This document shows positions 23,801 to 59,678 of a DNA stretch of 64,000 bases, one piece after another (the stretch's first letter is position 1; each line of letters opens with the position of its first letter). Location of the stretch: the NCBI RefSeq assembly GCF_964204645.1, contig NC_134025.1, forward strand, positions 22,858,299 through 22,922,298. Direction: 5' to 3'. Origin of the DNA: Tubulanus polymorphus. Taxonomy: Eukaryota > Animalia > Nemertea. Both the position numbers and the translations under genes were made by a program. The notes beneath the pieces are model-generated. The model made no database searches and was not told the DNA's origin. It saw only the letters and a list, made by a program, of their open reading frames with translations.

Positions 23801-26800
23801 GAATGGGAGGCGTTTGATCCGACGAAGACACAGATATGAAGAACTTTTGAAAAAAAATCTGGTATCTACGTATATATGTCAAAGGTTATCCAGTGCCTTG
23901 ATGGTTCGCATATTTTTTGCCTTTGCGGACGTTCTTTTGCGCCCGTTACGATTCGCCCAAATTACTGTACGATTGTTTAAACGGTGTTAATAAACATAGG
24001 TTCACCGGCGGGCGAAGTGAGCGACCGGTATTCATGGTATGTTATTTCGACTCGGTTTTCGGAAGTCTCGTCGTGACTAATTATTAATCAAGTCCTGATG
24101 ATCTATATGGAGCGTTTCAGTTATACTCTTCATCCTCCGAGAGAACGTGATTTTTTTCCACGCTTTCCCCTAGGAATTAGTTAAACACCACCGCCAGTCG
24201 GTGATCTACGTTAGCACGCGTATTAGGGATATACTCATTGAGTTCGTAAATCTTGCCTTCTGTTTTTCCTAACGGTAAATGCGCATTATATTATATGTTG
24301 CGCGTTTGCGAATAAAAAAGAATGCGCGTTTCCGATGGTGGATGCACTGAGCAACAAGCGTTAACAATGTTATTTTTGATACATACATTAAGCACTATCA
24401 AATGTCGGTAGACTAATGAATTTTCCCGTATTTGTTTGGCATTTATTTTTAGGCGCAAGGGTTATTTTGGCGTGTAGAGACGTGATCCGGGCGAAAGAAG
24501 CCGCGGAAGATATCCGAAAGCTGACCCAGTCGGAGAATGTGGTATTTTACAAGCTCGATCTCGCCAGTCTGCAGTCCGTGCGATTGTTCGTGCAACAAGC
24601 TTTGAAAAGTAAGGTTTTGATCGGGCGACACTGTTGCTTCAACAGCGGCGTAGATGACGTAGCTATGCTGATATATGCGCGGCACAAAAAAATACTTTAC
24701 GTAAAAATATGATGAAAAATGCTGCTTATAATCAGTGTTTTTGTTTATCGTCGATTTGCTATGAGTAAAAACAAAAACAATATGCTAAGTGGAGACTTCA
24801 AGTAATTACGCCTGATTGCCTGTCCCTGATTATATTCGCCTACGTTATTATTTACCTTGGAAAAAAAGTATTAAAGCAACTATACGCAACGTATATCGGG
24901 TAATTACGCATTTAGCCCTTTAGAACAATTTCCCGCCTCGTGTGCGGTTTAGCTTATTTTCAATTTAGGTGACTTGTAAGGAAAACGGCACGAATGATGG
25001 TATAAATAAGGTAACCGATTTGGAACGGAAAATTGCTGGTCTCATTACTGCTGTACACACAATTACGGTGGTATAGTTCTTCATTTCATTAATATTTGAT
25101 TGAAATGGTCCGTAATGACGCCAATGTATATAGAACATTTACTGCTTTCGATCGGAGACCTTTATGGTTCGGTTTTTGATAGCAGCGTCCCGCCAAAATC
25201 CCCCGTGATTCCGATGGACAATAAAACGCCGGGATTTCGGCTGATTCTATGCGACCACGGCGTGGTCTCCCGATTTGGTATAATGGTAATAAAGACACTG
25301 AACTTGGTCAATTAATCCGTTCTAACAAAATACAATCAGCGTCGTGCGAATTTAACTTCATTGTATAAAGATTGTAAAAGTTGAAAAGTTGTCGCGCAGG
25401 TGGATATCAATTCACCAAGATTCAATGTGTGAAATTCTCCTTAACTGCTTTACGCTTTATGATGAAATATACTTTTCACAATAGAATACTTCCGAGTTTT
25501 CTTAGAAATATCTTCATCGTTTTAGAGATAGTTCTGGTGTTTTTTACACTTCCATATATGTGTCTAATAAAGGCTGAAGCCTTCTGCGATTTTATAATTT
25601 GAATGATAAGATATACGTAGATATAGAACACTAAAATTCCTAAATCTTATAGTAAATACAGTTCATTTTATTGATATATTGGGATTGCGTATTTCATCGT
25701 TTTTAAAGTCTCCGAAAAGCAACACATTTTAATGATTTACATATATTATATTGCGTATATGTTTTTCAGATGAGGAGCGTGTGGATATTTTGATAAATAA
25801 CGCCGGTGTAATGTGGTGCCCACGCGTTTTGACAGACGACGGGTTCGAAATGCAAATTGGAGTTAATCACCTCGGTAACTATTAATGCGTTGGATCCGTG
25901 TTAATCATTTGCATCCCGTTTCGACGAGCATTTCATCAAAATAAGACTGCACTGATGCTAATGAAACCTGCAGTAATTAATCTTTGCGATGATTACTTTT
26001 CCTCGACATATTCTGACGGCGGTTTTCTTCTGTGACTTAAATCGAAAAAGAATATGACATTTCTGAAATATTTCAATGTTTTTTTTAATTGCCCGGCCCG
26101 TTTTTAACGTTTATTATAGGTATTCTGCCATTTCTTATGAGGAACCGCAGCACCAGCTCTCCCACAGGCTGATGTGACGAGCACTCTTAGTCCTCGTTGT
26201 CCAAACTAGTTCCCGGCAGTTTCAATTAACTTTAAACTAAATTTTTAGGCTCCCGAATCCATAAATTGTCACAGGACCTACCAAATATACAATCAATTCA
26301 TTTTTCTATACTCAGATGATTCATTTAAGAAAAAGTTCTTTCAGTTTTGATTGAAATGTAGAAGACCTAGGCGAACCTGTTGGGTCCTCGTCTGCCATAA
26401 ATGGAATCCTCGATTGCCTCAGAAGGTCTCAGGTTCCCCATGATCGAAAAGAAGATAAAGCAAAAATGTATTAGCGAAAAGCTTTACTTGGTGCAATTGA
26501 GTCAAGCTAATTAACAACACACTGGCGCTTGTATTTTTTTCAAATTTTTCATAAATCTGACGGAATAAGGCGGTTAACCATGTGTTTTAAAGACGGCAGA
26601 ATGTATATATACCCGTCAATTACTATTCCAATTACAAAAATATTACAACTCCCATGAAGTGCATTATTAATTTATCCATATTTAACAACAATGCAATCCA
26701 AATATAGAAATCGCACTATTTCCCTTGGTATGCCATCCAATCCCGCTAATGTTTGGCCGTAATAAACACACAGAAATATCAACTTTCCAAATATGCACAA

Positions 26801-28490
26801 ATATTAATGCTAAGTGGAGGTCTAATACCTGTTGAGAATGAAAACAGCAAGTTATACCATATTTTGACCTCAAACAGTGCCGTTCACAATAGATTCGGTT
26901 AATGGGCTGGTTTATTAGTGGGGGTACCATTAATGTGTTGATTTCGTGTGACATAATTAAGTTATCTGATGAATGGACTAAAGTAAATTCTCCGACAACG
27001 GCTTGAATTGAAAAAGGTCAATTCGAAAGTTTCTATTGAGAATTCGGCTTAAACTCTCTCTTTTTGAAATGCTTCCCGCATGCCAGGTTCCCATATATAC
27101 TAATATACGTATTTATATACTAAGTATTCAGGGGCGGGGACCACCATTATAGCTCCATTCTAAATTGTACTGGATCCTTTACACCGGCTCTTGTATCTTC
27201 GAGTTTAGGTTGTGTAAACAATCGTGTACAGCTTATTTCTTTGAATTTCTTCGCAGGTCATTTTCTGCTTACGAACTTGTTGTTAGATTCGCTGAAACAG
27301 GCGGCGCCGAGTCGAGTGATCAACGTAACGTCGGTAGCTTACCGATGGGCAGAAATTAAGTTCGACGATCTGATGAGCGAACAAAGTTACGATCCCGCTT
27401 ACGCGTACGCGCAGAGTAAACTGGCTAACATGCTGTTTACGAGAGAATTGGCGAGAAGGACGAAAGGTTGGTTTAGGTTATGGTCTTTACAACTGCAGGA
27501 AAATCCATCTAAAACTGTTCGATCAGGGCAAACCAAATATTATATATGCTAAAACGATGAATTACACCGCTCAATAAAGAATGGAATTTGGCCAATATTT
27601 CTTGACATTTTAGCTCAGTGGGTGAATTCAACTTTTGAGTAATGATTGTCAAAATGATAAATTCAAGATTCCACCGTTACTTGTTTAAATCAAAATTGAC
27701 TGCACGATTGGCTCGTTCATCAATCAATTCGCCAACATTTAACCTCAGTTTGCAATCCAAATAGATATTGGGGATACCTAGAAACTTGAAGTTATAATAA
27801 TGAAATATTGATGCCAAAAATGAATTGTTAGTACGTATATATAGATTTTTTCAGTTGATAAAAGGTGTACCTTTTAGGTATTGAATTTTAAATCTTGATC
27901 CTTGTATTTAGGATTAGGGGTTACAACTTACGCAGTACATCCCGGTGTCGTGAGGACTGAAATAGGCAGATACATGACCATTCTCAAGCAACCTATCATC
28001 AAATACTTGATTTTTCCGCTGTTGTTGCCTATACAGTGGATTTTCTTGAAAAATCCTCGACAAGGCGCTCAAACGATCATACACTGCGCGTTGGCTGAAG
28101 AGTTAGCAAACGAATCCGGGAAATATTATTGGTAAGATTTACCGAGAATGCGTACGCGTAGAGAGTGGATATTAAAAAAATCTGGCGCAGACTACTCATA
28201 ACGTAGAACTGATTATGTTCAAAAATGAGAAATCTATTGGATTTGCAGTTGATACGAAGATTTTCTTATATATACAATTGAAGCTTCATGACGTCTTCCT
28301 GCATTTCAGCGATTGTAAAGAGACTAAGATAACAGCGTCGGGAATGGACGGTATAGCGGCGCATCGTTTATGGGAGGAGAGCGTAAAACTGGTCGGTCTA
28401 CAAGACCAAGTCAGAGATCTTCCATCCAATGGGCAGGCGTTCGATTTTCAATCGGCATCAAATAACAATGGAAAAGCTTCAACTTCATAA
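20809..28490 (+). CDS. RDH13: Retinol dehydrogenase 11-14 family SDR (most like RDH13), about 353 aa, 7 exons
   Basis: Exons 20809-20879, 22836-22954, 24453-24608, 25770-25874, 27257-27466, 27912-28131, 28310-28490 (1062 nt). N-terminal hydrophobic anchor [22 protein letters not shown]; TGANTGIG; ACRD; NNAG; [15 protein letters not shown]; catalytic YAQSK; [11 protein letters not shown]; AATAAA at 28933. Confidence 0.92.
22726..22864 (+). repeat. About 70-bp tandem duplication spanning the RDH exon-2 acceptor
   Basis: TACAAAACTTAGACAT...TTTCAG|AAAAT..ATGGGAGGAATGGAAA.TAAAT occurs twice (acceptor AGs end at 22764 and 22835). Confidence 0.85.
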
Positions 28491-29100
28491 TATTGTAACG
28501 ATCGGAACGATTCATATTTGTGTGATATATACCGTACAACGAATACTACATATTGTAAACAGCATTCCAGAAGTCAAGGCCATAAACTCAAAGCTTTTAG
28601 GAATCGAAGATTCCGACCACGCTTAAACAGATCTTAATTGCACAGAATTGCAGGGGTAGGTGTATGATATATATATATACCTACCATAGGATCTTCGAAA
28701 ACAAGTCTCGTGTAATTCAAAGTTGCCTCATTTTTTGTAATATACATATTTGTTATATCAATCATCTTTCGGGCAGAGTTAGCTCCATATTTCGACTGGG
28801 ATTCTTTTTCACTACTAAGGGGTTTCTATCGCCCTACAAAACATATTCATCTGTCTTTGTGAAAAAACTAACGATCTTCGAATGCTTTTTTTCATACATG
28901 AAAAATACTTGACAATCATTATTATAGGCTGCAATAAATTCAGTGGGCTATACGGGTACAGATTTGCATTGAAACTGTTGATCGTGAAACGGATATCTAT
29001 TATTGCTATATCTTTATTTAACTGTAATTAAATTGTGTCATTTATGTGTGTAATGCTATTCATTTTTTATTCAATTGTATGATTTATGTTACGAAATATC

Positions 29101-30481
29101 TCAGGTTTGAAGCAGGTTTTTGTCCGGTAAAGCGTTTGTCGTCATGAATGACGTATAAAAGAACATCGACCTAAAGTAATATCCGAATTCAAACATGGTT
29201 TCATCGGTTGTTTGGTGAAAAGTAAAATCGACTGCATTATAGTAGAATAACGTAATATTCGAATTCAAACATGGTTTCATCGGTTGTTTGGTCAAAAGTA
29301 AAATTGACTGCATGATGGTAGAATTACCACACTCAAACGTGAGAACATCTGTCAATAGAACCCATTGTATACGGATTAAAAAGTTATAAAATCAAGAATT
29401 TATTCAATCAAAAAGTTAGTGACGATGATCTCTAGTGAGAGTCGTGTCGGGTTTTTATCTTATTAACTGTATCATAACGAAACCTGAAAGTTTCATCATA
29501 TTTGGTTATTTCATCTATGAAAAAGGTGAAAAAATTAATAGTTCATTAAAGCATTTTATTTCCTTTAATCCTTACGTAAAACGTCGTATGGTCCTCCTGC
29601 TACACGAACATGCATTCAATTTGAACTTCTTAAATTCGGCTTTAGTTCGAGACTCATTGAGCTAAAACGAGCTGTAATTTGAATTATTTAGATCTCATGG
29701 TAATCAACCAAACGTTAGAACAGGAAAGTGTGAATCTGTGTGATTTTTTTTCAATTCTTACAGAATATTTTTGTTTCAGGTTATCGGCTTGTCGTTATTC
29801 ATGCATTATTCTGCGTGTATTTTAGTTCTAGTCGACCATGTGTAAAAAACTAAACACTAAAAGCGTCAATAAACATGTGAAACTATATTGAACTACGGTA
29901 GTTTTGAAAAATTGTACTGTTTCCGTCGAATGTACGTATTGATATTGTGATTTTACATATACTTCTCGGGAAATGTTTAATCCCACAAGAAAAGAAGTGC
30001 CAGGTAATAGATGTACGACCCCAACCAAAGGGGATATGAGACGAGACTTATAAGTTCTTACCAAATTAACACAGCACATACAATTGAGGGGAAAACCGTA
30101 TCTTCGACTGGGCGAATATTCTTTGTAACCTGTTTTACACCACAATTAGGCATAGAATATTGACTTTGCATATTTCTTTCGGTAAAATCTCGTTATGAGA
30201 CCGGAAAATTATTGGAATAATCGACTATATCAGTGAGAATTTCGGATTTGGTTAACTTCTTTATTGGGTACGAGGTGCAAAGCAGCGCCACTGTTAAAAA
30301 CCATAAAAAAAATCTCAAAATCAGCATTTCCCTTGTATCAGTTGTGAAACATCCGAAGAAATGGAATTCCTGAGCCGAGCGCTTATTTAGTGGCTGTGCA
30401 AGTGTTAATGGTTATTACGCACTCAATGAGCCTCGTAGAGGTATACCGTATAGTCTGGGCGTTCTTACACTTCATTACCAT
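29101..30481 (-). CDS. Putative 78-aa basic, Cys-rich orphan protein, 4 exons
   Basis: Exons 30481-30469, 30129-30062, 29661-29576, 29170-29101 with donors GTAAGA, GTAAGA, GTAAGG, all phases matching; AAAATGG start; minus-strand AATAAA at about 29066-29071. No recognised homolog. Confidence 0.45.
29174..29327. repeat. 77-bp tandem duplication
   Basis: GTAATAT.CGAATTCAAACATGGTTTCATCGGTTGTTTGGT.AAAAGTAAAAT.GACTGCAT.AT.GTAGAAT occurs twice. Confidence 0.9.
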
Positions 30482-30982
30482 TTTTCATTCTGATCAGCTG
30501 GGCAGGATCTTAAAGCATTTTAAAGTCAAAAATCCAATGCACCACTAATCAACGTACTGCTACATGACAAACGGATCAAAGTATGACATATCTGTATTAC
30601 AGACATCCAGACTGCATGCCAAGAGCAAGTTGCTCAGAAGTTGCTTTAATCAGTGGACAATCAAAACTTCATTGTTACACTATGGTATTCATCCGCAGTT
30701 CTCTGACACCAACTTTCGAACAACTGACCCCAGAAATGTCACAGGGGGATTCCATGCTGTAGATAGTTTGACTGACGCCCCAAGGAAAACATTCACAAAC
30801 AACATGAACTCTATTTTTGTTAAATACTACTAATCAGAATGTTTCTTATTTATTTATACATCAAAGAACATAACTAAGGCTTAGTCAGATGGTGCTGACA
30901 TCTATAATAAAATGTTATAACAAATCATCTTCTAAACACACTGCAATCTGTTGTTGTGATGTTCTGCCTATGAACTGGAAGG

Positions 30983-31988
30983 TCAATGAGGAGCATCGAA
31001 ATGAGTGTCTGGAAACAAAAATGAAATTACATTAAAAAGCTATCACACTTCGTAGCTAAGAACCAATGAAATAACAGTTTCGGGGAACAAATTATAAGGG
31101 GTCAATTTATAATTCCAGACAGCAGAAATTAATATCAATTTCAAATTGGAATTAAAATATATTCTGAACTGATTAAAAATGTTTAGTTTGTCCAGTTTCA
31201 AATGGTCTCAATATGACCACAAGCATAAATAAGATTGAAATACAACAAACAAGTACAGTAGTTTCTACTTCTGCCAGTAGGTGGTAGCACATCTCAAGCG
31301 ATTACTTACGTTCTCTCTTTGCACGGATTTCTTCCCATTTCTTAACATTACCAGGAGAATTCACTACAAACGATGGAAAGAAATTGAGTCTGTTTTATTC
31401 AACTAAATATGATACACATCCAGACTCACTTAATCTGGATCAAATATTGTAAATGTGTTTAATTCAGATTCAACATAGAGCAGATCAACTCCTTCCGACC
31501 CAAAATGATCCAAATTAAGTGGGTAATCCACTGTACTACAGAATCGGATCTAAGCACTTTCCCGATTGCCCGGGAAAAGCATATTTTCATTAGGGCAAGT
31601 AGATTGTCATTATCATCCTGTCCACCGGGCTAGCGCAGTCTCAAATCCCACTCAATACAGCGGATGATTACGCAATCAATCGGATTGCCTGTGTAAGTTG
31701 ATCTTCGAGAGGACAAGCCAACTTTCAAACATGCTTGCCCCACGGGTGAGTGGCTTTTATTCCTAATAGATCGAAGCCTGCTATACACACACTGAGAAAC
31801 CATTAGAGCAGAAAAAGCTGTTTACCTGCTTTGTGGATGTTTCTGAAGACGAAGAACCAACTAAACACTGCCGAGTAGGTAAAGTAGCGGAAATATCTAG
31901 TATTCTTCCAGTAATGCTTCCACGGAAATCGCATCAATTTCGCCGTGAATGTATAAGGATAACGCATAGTTTGACCTCCACCAGTCAT
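30983..31988 (-). CDS. roh: 80-aa small single-pass membrane protein, Drosophila roh (CG30415)-like, probably mitochondrial
   Basis: Exons 31988-31826, 31363-31310, 31008-30983 give MTGGGQTMRYPYTFTAKLMRFPWKHYWKNTRYFRYFTYSAVFSWFFVFRNIHKAVNSPGNVKKWEEIRAKREHTHFDAPH. MRYPYTFxAK..FPxKHY and NSPxN..W match the invertebrate roh family as I recall it. Non-coding exon donor at 32496/32495; AATAAA about 30850. Confidence 0.82.
31539..31780. mobile_element. Degenerate CAG..CTG MITE in a roh-like intron
   Basis: CAGAATCGGATCTA versus reverse complement CAGGCTTCGATCTA; internal TTGCCC/GGGCAAG motifs. Confidence 0.5.
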
Positions 31989-32159
31989 CTTGGACACTGA
32001 AAAAACCAAAATAACCATAAATGTAATCTTTTTTATTTAATGCAAGTTTGAACTGTTCATCAATCCTGGAAGTGGTTTTTGTATCCACATTGGCCTCCAA
32101 CCACCTAGTCAGTAATCTGACTGTTAGTCTCACGATCGAATATTTTCACAAACCACATA

Positions 32160-32380
32160 TGGTATAAGCCCATCCGATTATAAAAAGCTTACCACCAACG
32201 ATTAGGTAACTAACTACCAACCACCCAGACATAAGCAGTCAAATAAGTTTGCGTGACTTGATTTTTGCCGACCGGACTCCACTCAGCTTTTTGTTTTCCA
32301 TGTTTTAACTTTCCACGCTGACCTAGTTAGTTACCTAATCGTTGGTGGTAAGCTTTTTATAATCGGATGGGCTTATACCA
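32160..32380. repeat. Perfect 57-bp inverted repeat with 107-bp spacer
   Basis: 32160-32216 is the exact reverse complement of 32324-32380. Confidence 0.95.
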
Positions 32381-32495
32381 ACGTTAGGGATGACAAGGAC
32401 CAAAACACGGTTGAAAAAAGTAACACTTCAAAAATAAACTTTCTATCCACTTCAGTCCACAATTAATGGCTTAATTCACAAACTAACACAGGTAC

Positions 32496-32952
32496 CTTTC
32501 GAAATAATCCAATTCTATGTATGTTTCGAGTGATTAATCAACATTATTTTGAGAAATTAATTAATTTCCTTAAAAATTTCGCCATTGGCCGCCATTTCTC
32601 TGTATTGCACATGTGGCATGATAAGACAAGGGGACCTACAAGGATTTAGATAAAACTTCCAAGACGAAACGACAATTTTTATTTTTGATGGTTTTCCAAC
32701 CTATATTTCAAATCTTCGTGTTTTCCATTATAAATAATGAAATAATAAATTCTGGTAAAAGAAAAATGTGAATAATTGTTGATTTCTTAATATTTTTCAA
32801 TTTCGTCGTTTCGCTTCGTCAGTTTGTGCTGTTGTCCTGGCCTCAGTCCACAGGTGCCAGCACCTCCAGTAATTTTCAAAATGGCAGCTGTTGACTCTAC
32901 GGAAATTTACTCTCACTTTACGGCCGATTTGCACATGGATTAAGATCGTCAG
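32496..32952. promoter_or_regulatory. Putative bidirectional promoter between roh-like (-) and MAP4K (+), with divergent non-coding first exons
   Basis: Divergent YY1-like motifs: AAATGGCGGCC on minus (32587-32597) and CAAAATGGCAGC on plus (32877-32888), each followed by a donor (AAG|GTACCT at 32496; CAG|GTGAGG at 32952). Confidence 0.6.
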
Positions 32953-33958
32953 GTGAGGTGTTATAGGTATCAGACAAACTACGAATCTGTTGTGTGTCGA
33001 TTACAACAAAAATTTGACGGATATCTTAAGAGACAATGAAATGCCAGGCAAATTACTCGTCAGTCAAATTGGCTGACGAAGATTTCATACAAAAATGACC
33101 TTCCCATTCCTGACTGTGGTTTGTGAAAATATCCGATCGTGAAACTAAACCACAGACAGGTTACTGACTAACGCTGACCTAATCATGTCGAAGTGATTGC
33201 AGTTTAGGTGTCCCTAATGCTGATTTTGCTTAATTAGGATAGCGCCACGCTTAGTAGAAAGAAAGGTGACCTAAATACTGCAGTTAGACCCAACCATTTA
33301 CGGAAAGCATAACAATTAAACAGAACATGAATTATGTCTGATACTAACAGCGCCTGCTCTGGCTAATTTGTTTGACAGCCCGAACCAAAAAATCGGACGG
33401 ACTGTGACGGTAATTAGAACGACTGACTGGACTGGTGGAGCTCTAATGAAAAATGTCTCCTACCAAAATTGCAGACATCTGCGGTGTCGAGACACAACGA
33501 AACGCATGATTTCAGAATTTGCTCAAATACAATGGAGCGCAATTTTTAAAAGCACAATCGACGATAATAACCTTGAATTTACCTGCTAATCTGCTGTTAG
33601 AAATAGAAAATCTCAGAAACCCAAACTCTGCGGAAGTGAACTGTAAAGAAGGTCAAGGTTACGATACCCGTGGCGCTACCTATGGAATGAACATGTTACT
33701 CGTTACTAAACTTTGCGATTCTACTCCCTTAAATGATGCTGATATTCTTATTTCTCATGTCTCTATTGAAAACACTTGAATACTCATAATTTTCTGAAGT
33801 CGGTCAGAAAATAAATTCAAATTTGAATTTGATTTGCAATAGACAGGCACCCAGCATTCCTCGCGCGAACCCGGAAGTAAGTTAGCCATATCAAGAAATG
33901 AATAAAATTTTGAGTACAAACTGATAAATAATGGCGAAATACAGATGAAACCTGTGAA

Positions 33959-58106
<24,148 letters not shown>

Positions 58107-59534
58107 TCGGAAAAATCGTGAAAATCTATGCCATTATATTTCATCTAGTCGTCATCTGTAATGCTGCAAGTGTCTCTCTCTTGATTGGCTTCTCAACAAT
58201 GATAGCAGTTAGCTGATAGCGGTTCGTGTATATATATATATATACCGAAAGAGACGAAATTCATCATCGGCTTTGTTCCTTCGCTTCTTCCGAGACTTTG
58301 AACCGAGACTTCGTCTTCGGATTCTGAGACTTTTCGGATTCCATCGCCGATTCGCGAAACCGACGAAAAAAAGTGCAATTGCGAAAAAAAAAACTGAACG
58401 CGAATAGTTGCTTTGTTTGTAGATTGTAAATATGGATTTTGTGTATAATAACGGTTTGAATATCAGTGTTCTTCAAGGAAATTAGTTATTTCGTGATGGT
58501 CCATTTATCTGCTTTCCAGTATTATTAGCGAATGAATACTGGCGACTTAGTTCATTTATTTATGACTGTGGGAAGATCTATTTTTCCATTTGTATCACTT
58601 GCTTGACAATGTTGATTTGATACAGGTTTCTGTGGACCGTTGCCTGCATTATTTAATGTCCGTTAGAAGACCATCGGTTTTTGGTTTTTCGTAAGTTCGA
58701 AAATCTTACCGGGAATGTTCTGGTTGGTCTTATAGTTGAAAAATAAGTTGAAAACTGAACAGAACTTCTAGAATCAACGACAGGCGTATGGTATTTTTGC
58801 AAAATACAAAGGTTACATTTTTGGAGAGGATAGGTCATACTTTCATGCACTATTTCGACCTATCAGCATTTGGCTGCATATTCTATTTACAGGTGAATGC
58901 TGGATCCACGTCTGGCTATGATTAGTACTCAATGTTTGATGCCCGTTATGTAAATGATTTATGAACTTCTTCATATCATCGCAATTACATACATATATAT
59001 ATATATGGCCAACCGAGGCAAACGCGCTTGAATTATTACGCCCCATCCGAGTTCTTATTGTTACACTTCGCCGGTTTATGAAACATAAATATTGATATTT
59101 CGTCCCGGTTTCGCACTCGATAACCTTTGCTCGCCGTCGTAATTATCATCGTACGAGAGACTAAATTGTTCGAAGCCGTATCTTGTAATTACCACCATGT
59201 TATATCTCCGAGGGATGTACACCCGTTTGGAGCGTCACTGTTTCGACAATGTTTTAATTGGCTTCTTGCGTCGTTGAGACCGTTTCGTTGTATTTACGGT
59301 ATTCATTTTTTTTTTTTGCATGCAATTCAGCGGCACCGCGCTGATTGTAGTCAGCAAGCGCAATTTCGGTGTTTATGTAAGTGCTGCTTGACCGGTTATT
59401 CCGCGTGCGCATTAATAGCAAATCATGCCTTTCGGGAGATAAAATGAATTGATAAACCCAGCCGTGTAGAATGGTGACAAATTGTTCGGAACTCATTGGA
59501 CACTTTGGCGACGCTATGGTGGCAGTACTTCGAT

Positions 59535-59678
59535 CTGGAGCAGGTTCCGTAGTCGGGGCTTAGATTTAAGACCAGTCTAGACCAGCTTAGTTCTATAGCA
59601 AATCTAACAAATCAAGACCAGTCTTAAGATTTAAGACTATTTTGGAATTAAAGCCTTGACTATGAAATCAGCCCCCGG
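59535..59678 (-). mobile_element. Reversed, diverged copy of the 3082-3227 MITE
   Basis: GGCTTAGATTTAAGACCAGTCTAG and AAGACCAGTCTTAAGATTTAAGAC are reverse complements of the 3082-3227 interior. Confidence 0.75.

Noticed and set aside
29780-29873. Plus-strand acceptor followed by hydrophobic VIGLSLFMHYSACILVLVDHV* and AATAAA
   Set aside because: No convincing in-phase donor in RDH; RDH already ends with its own stop and poly(A) signal.
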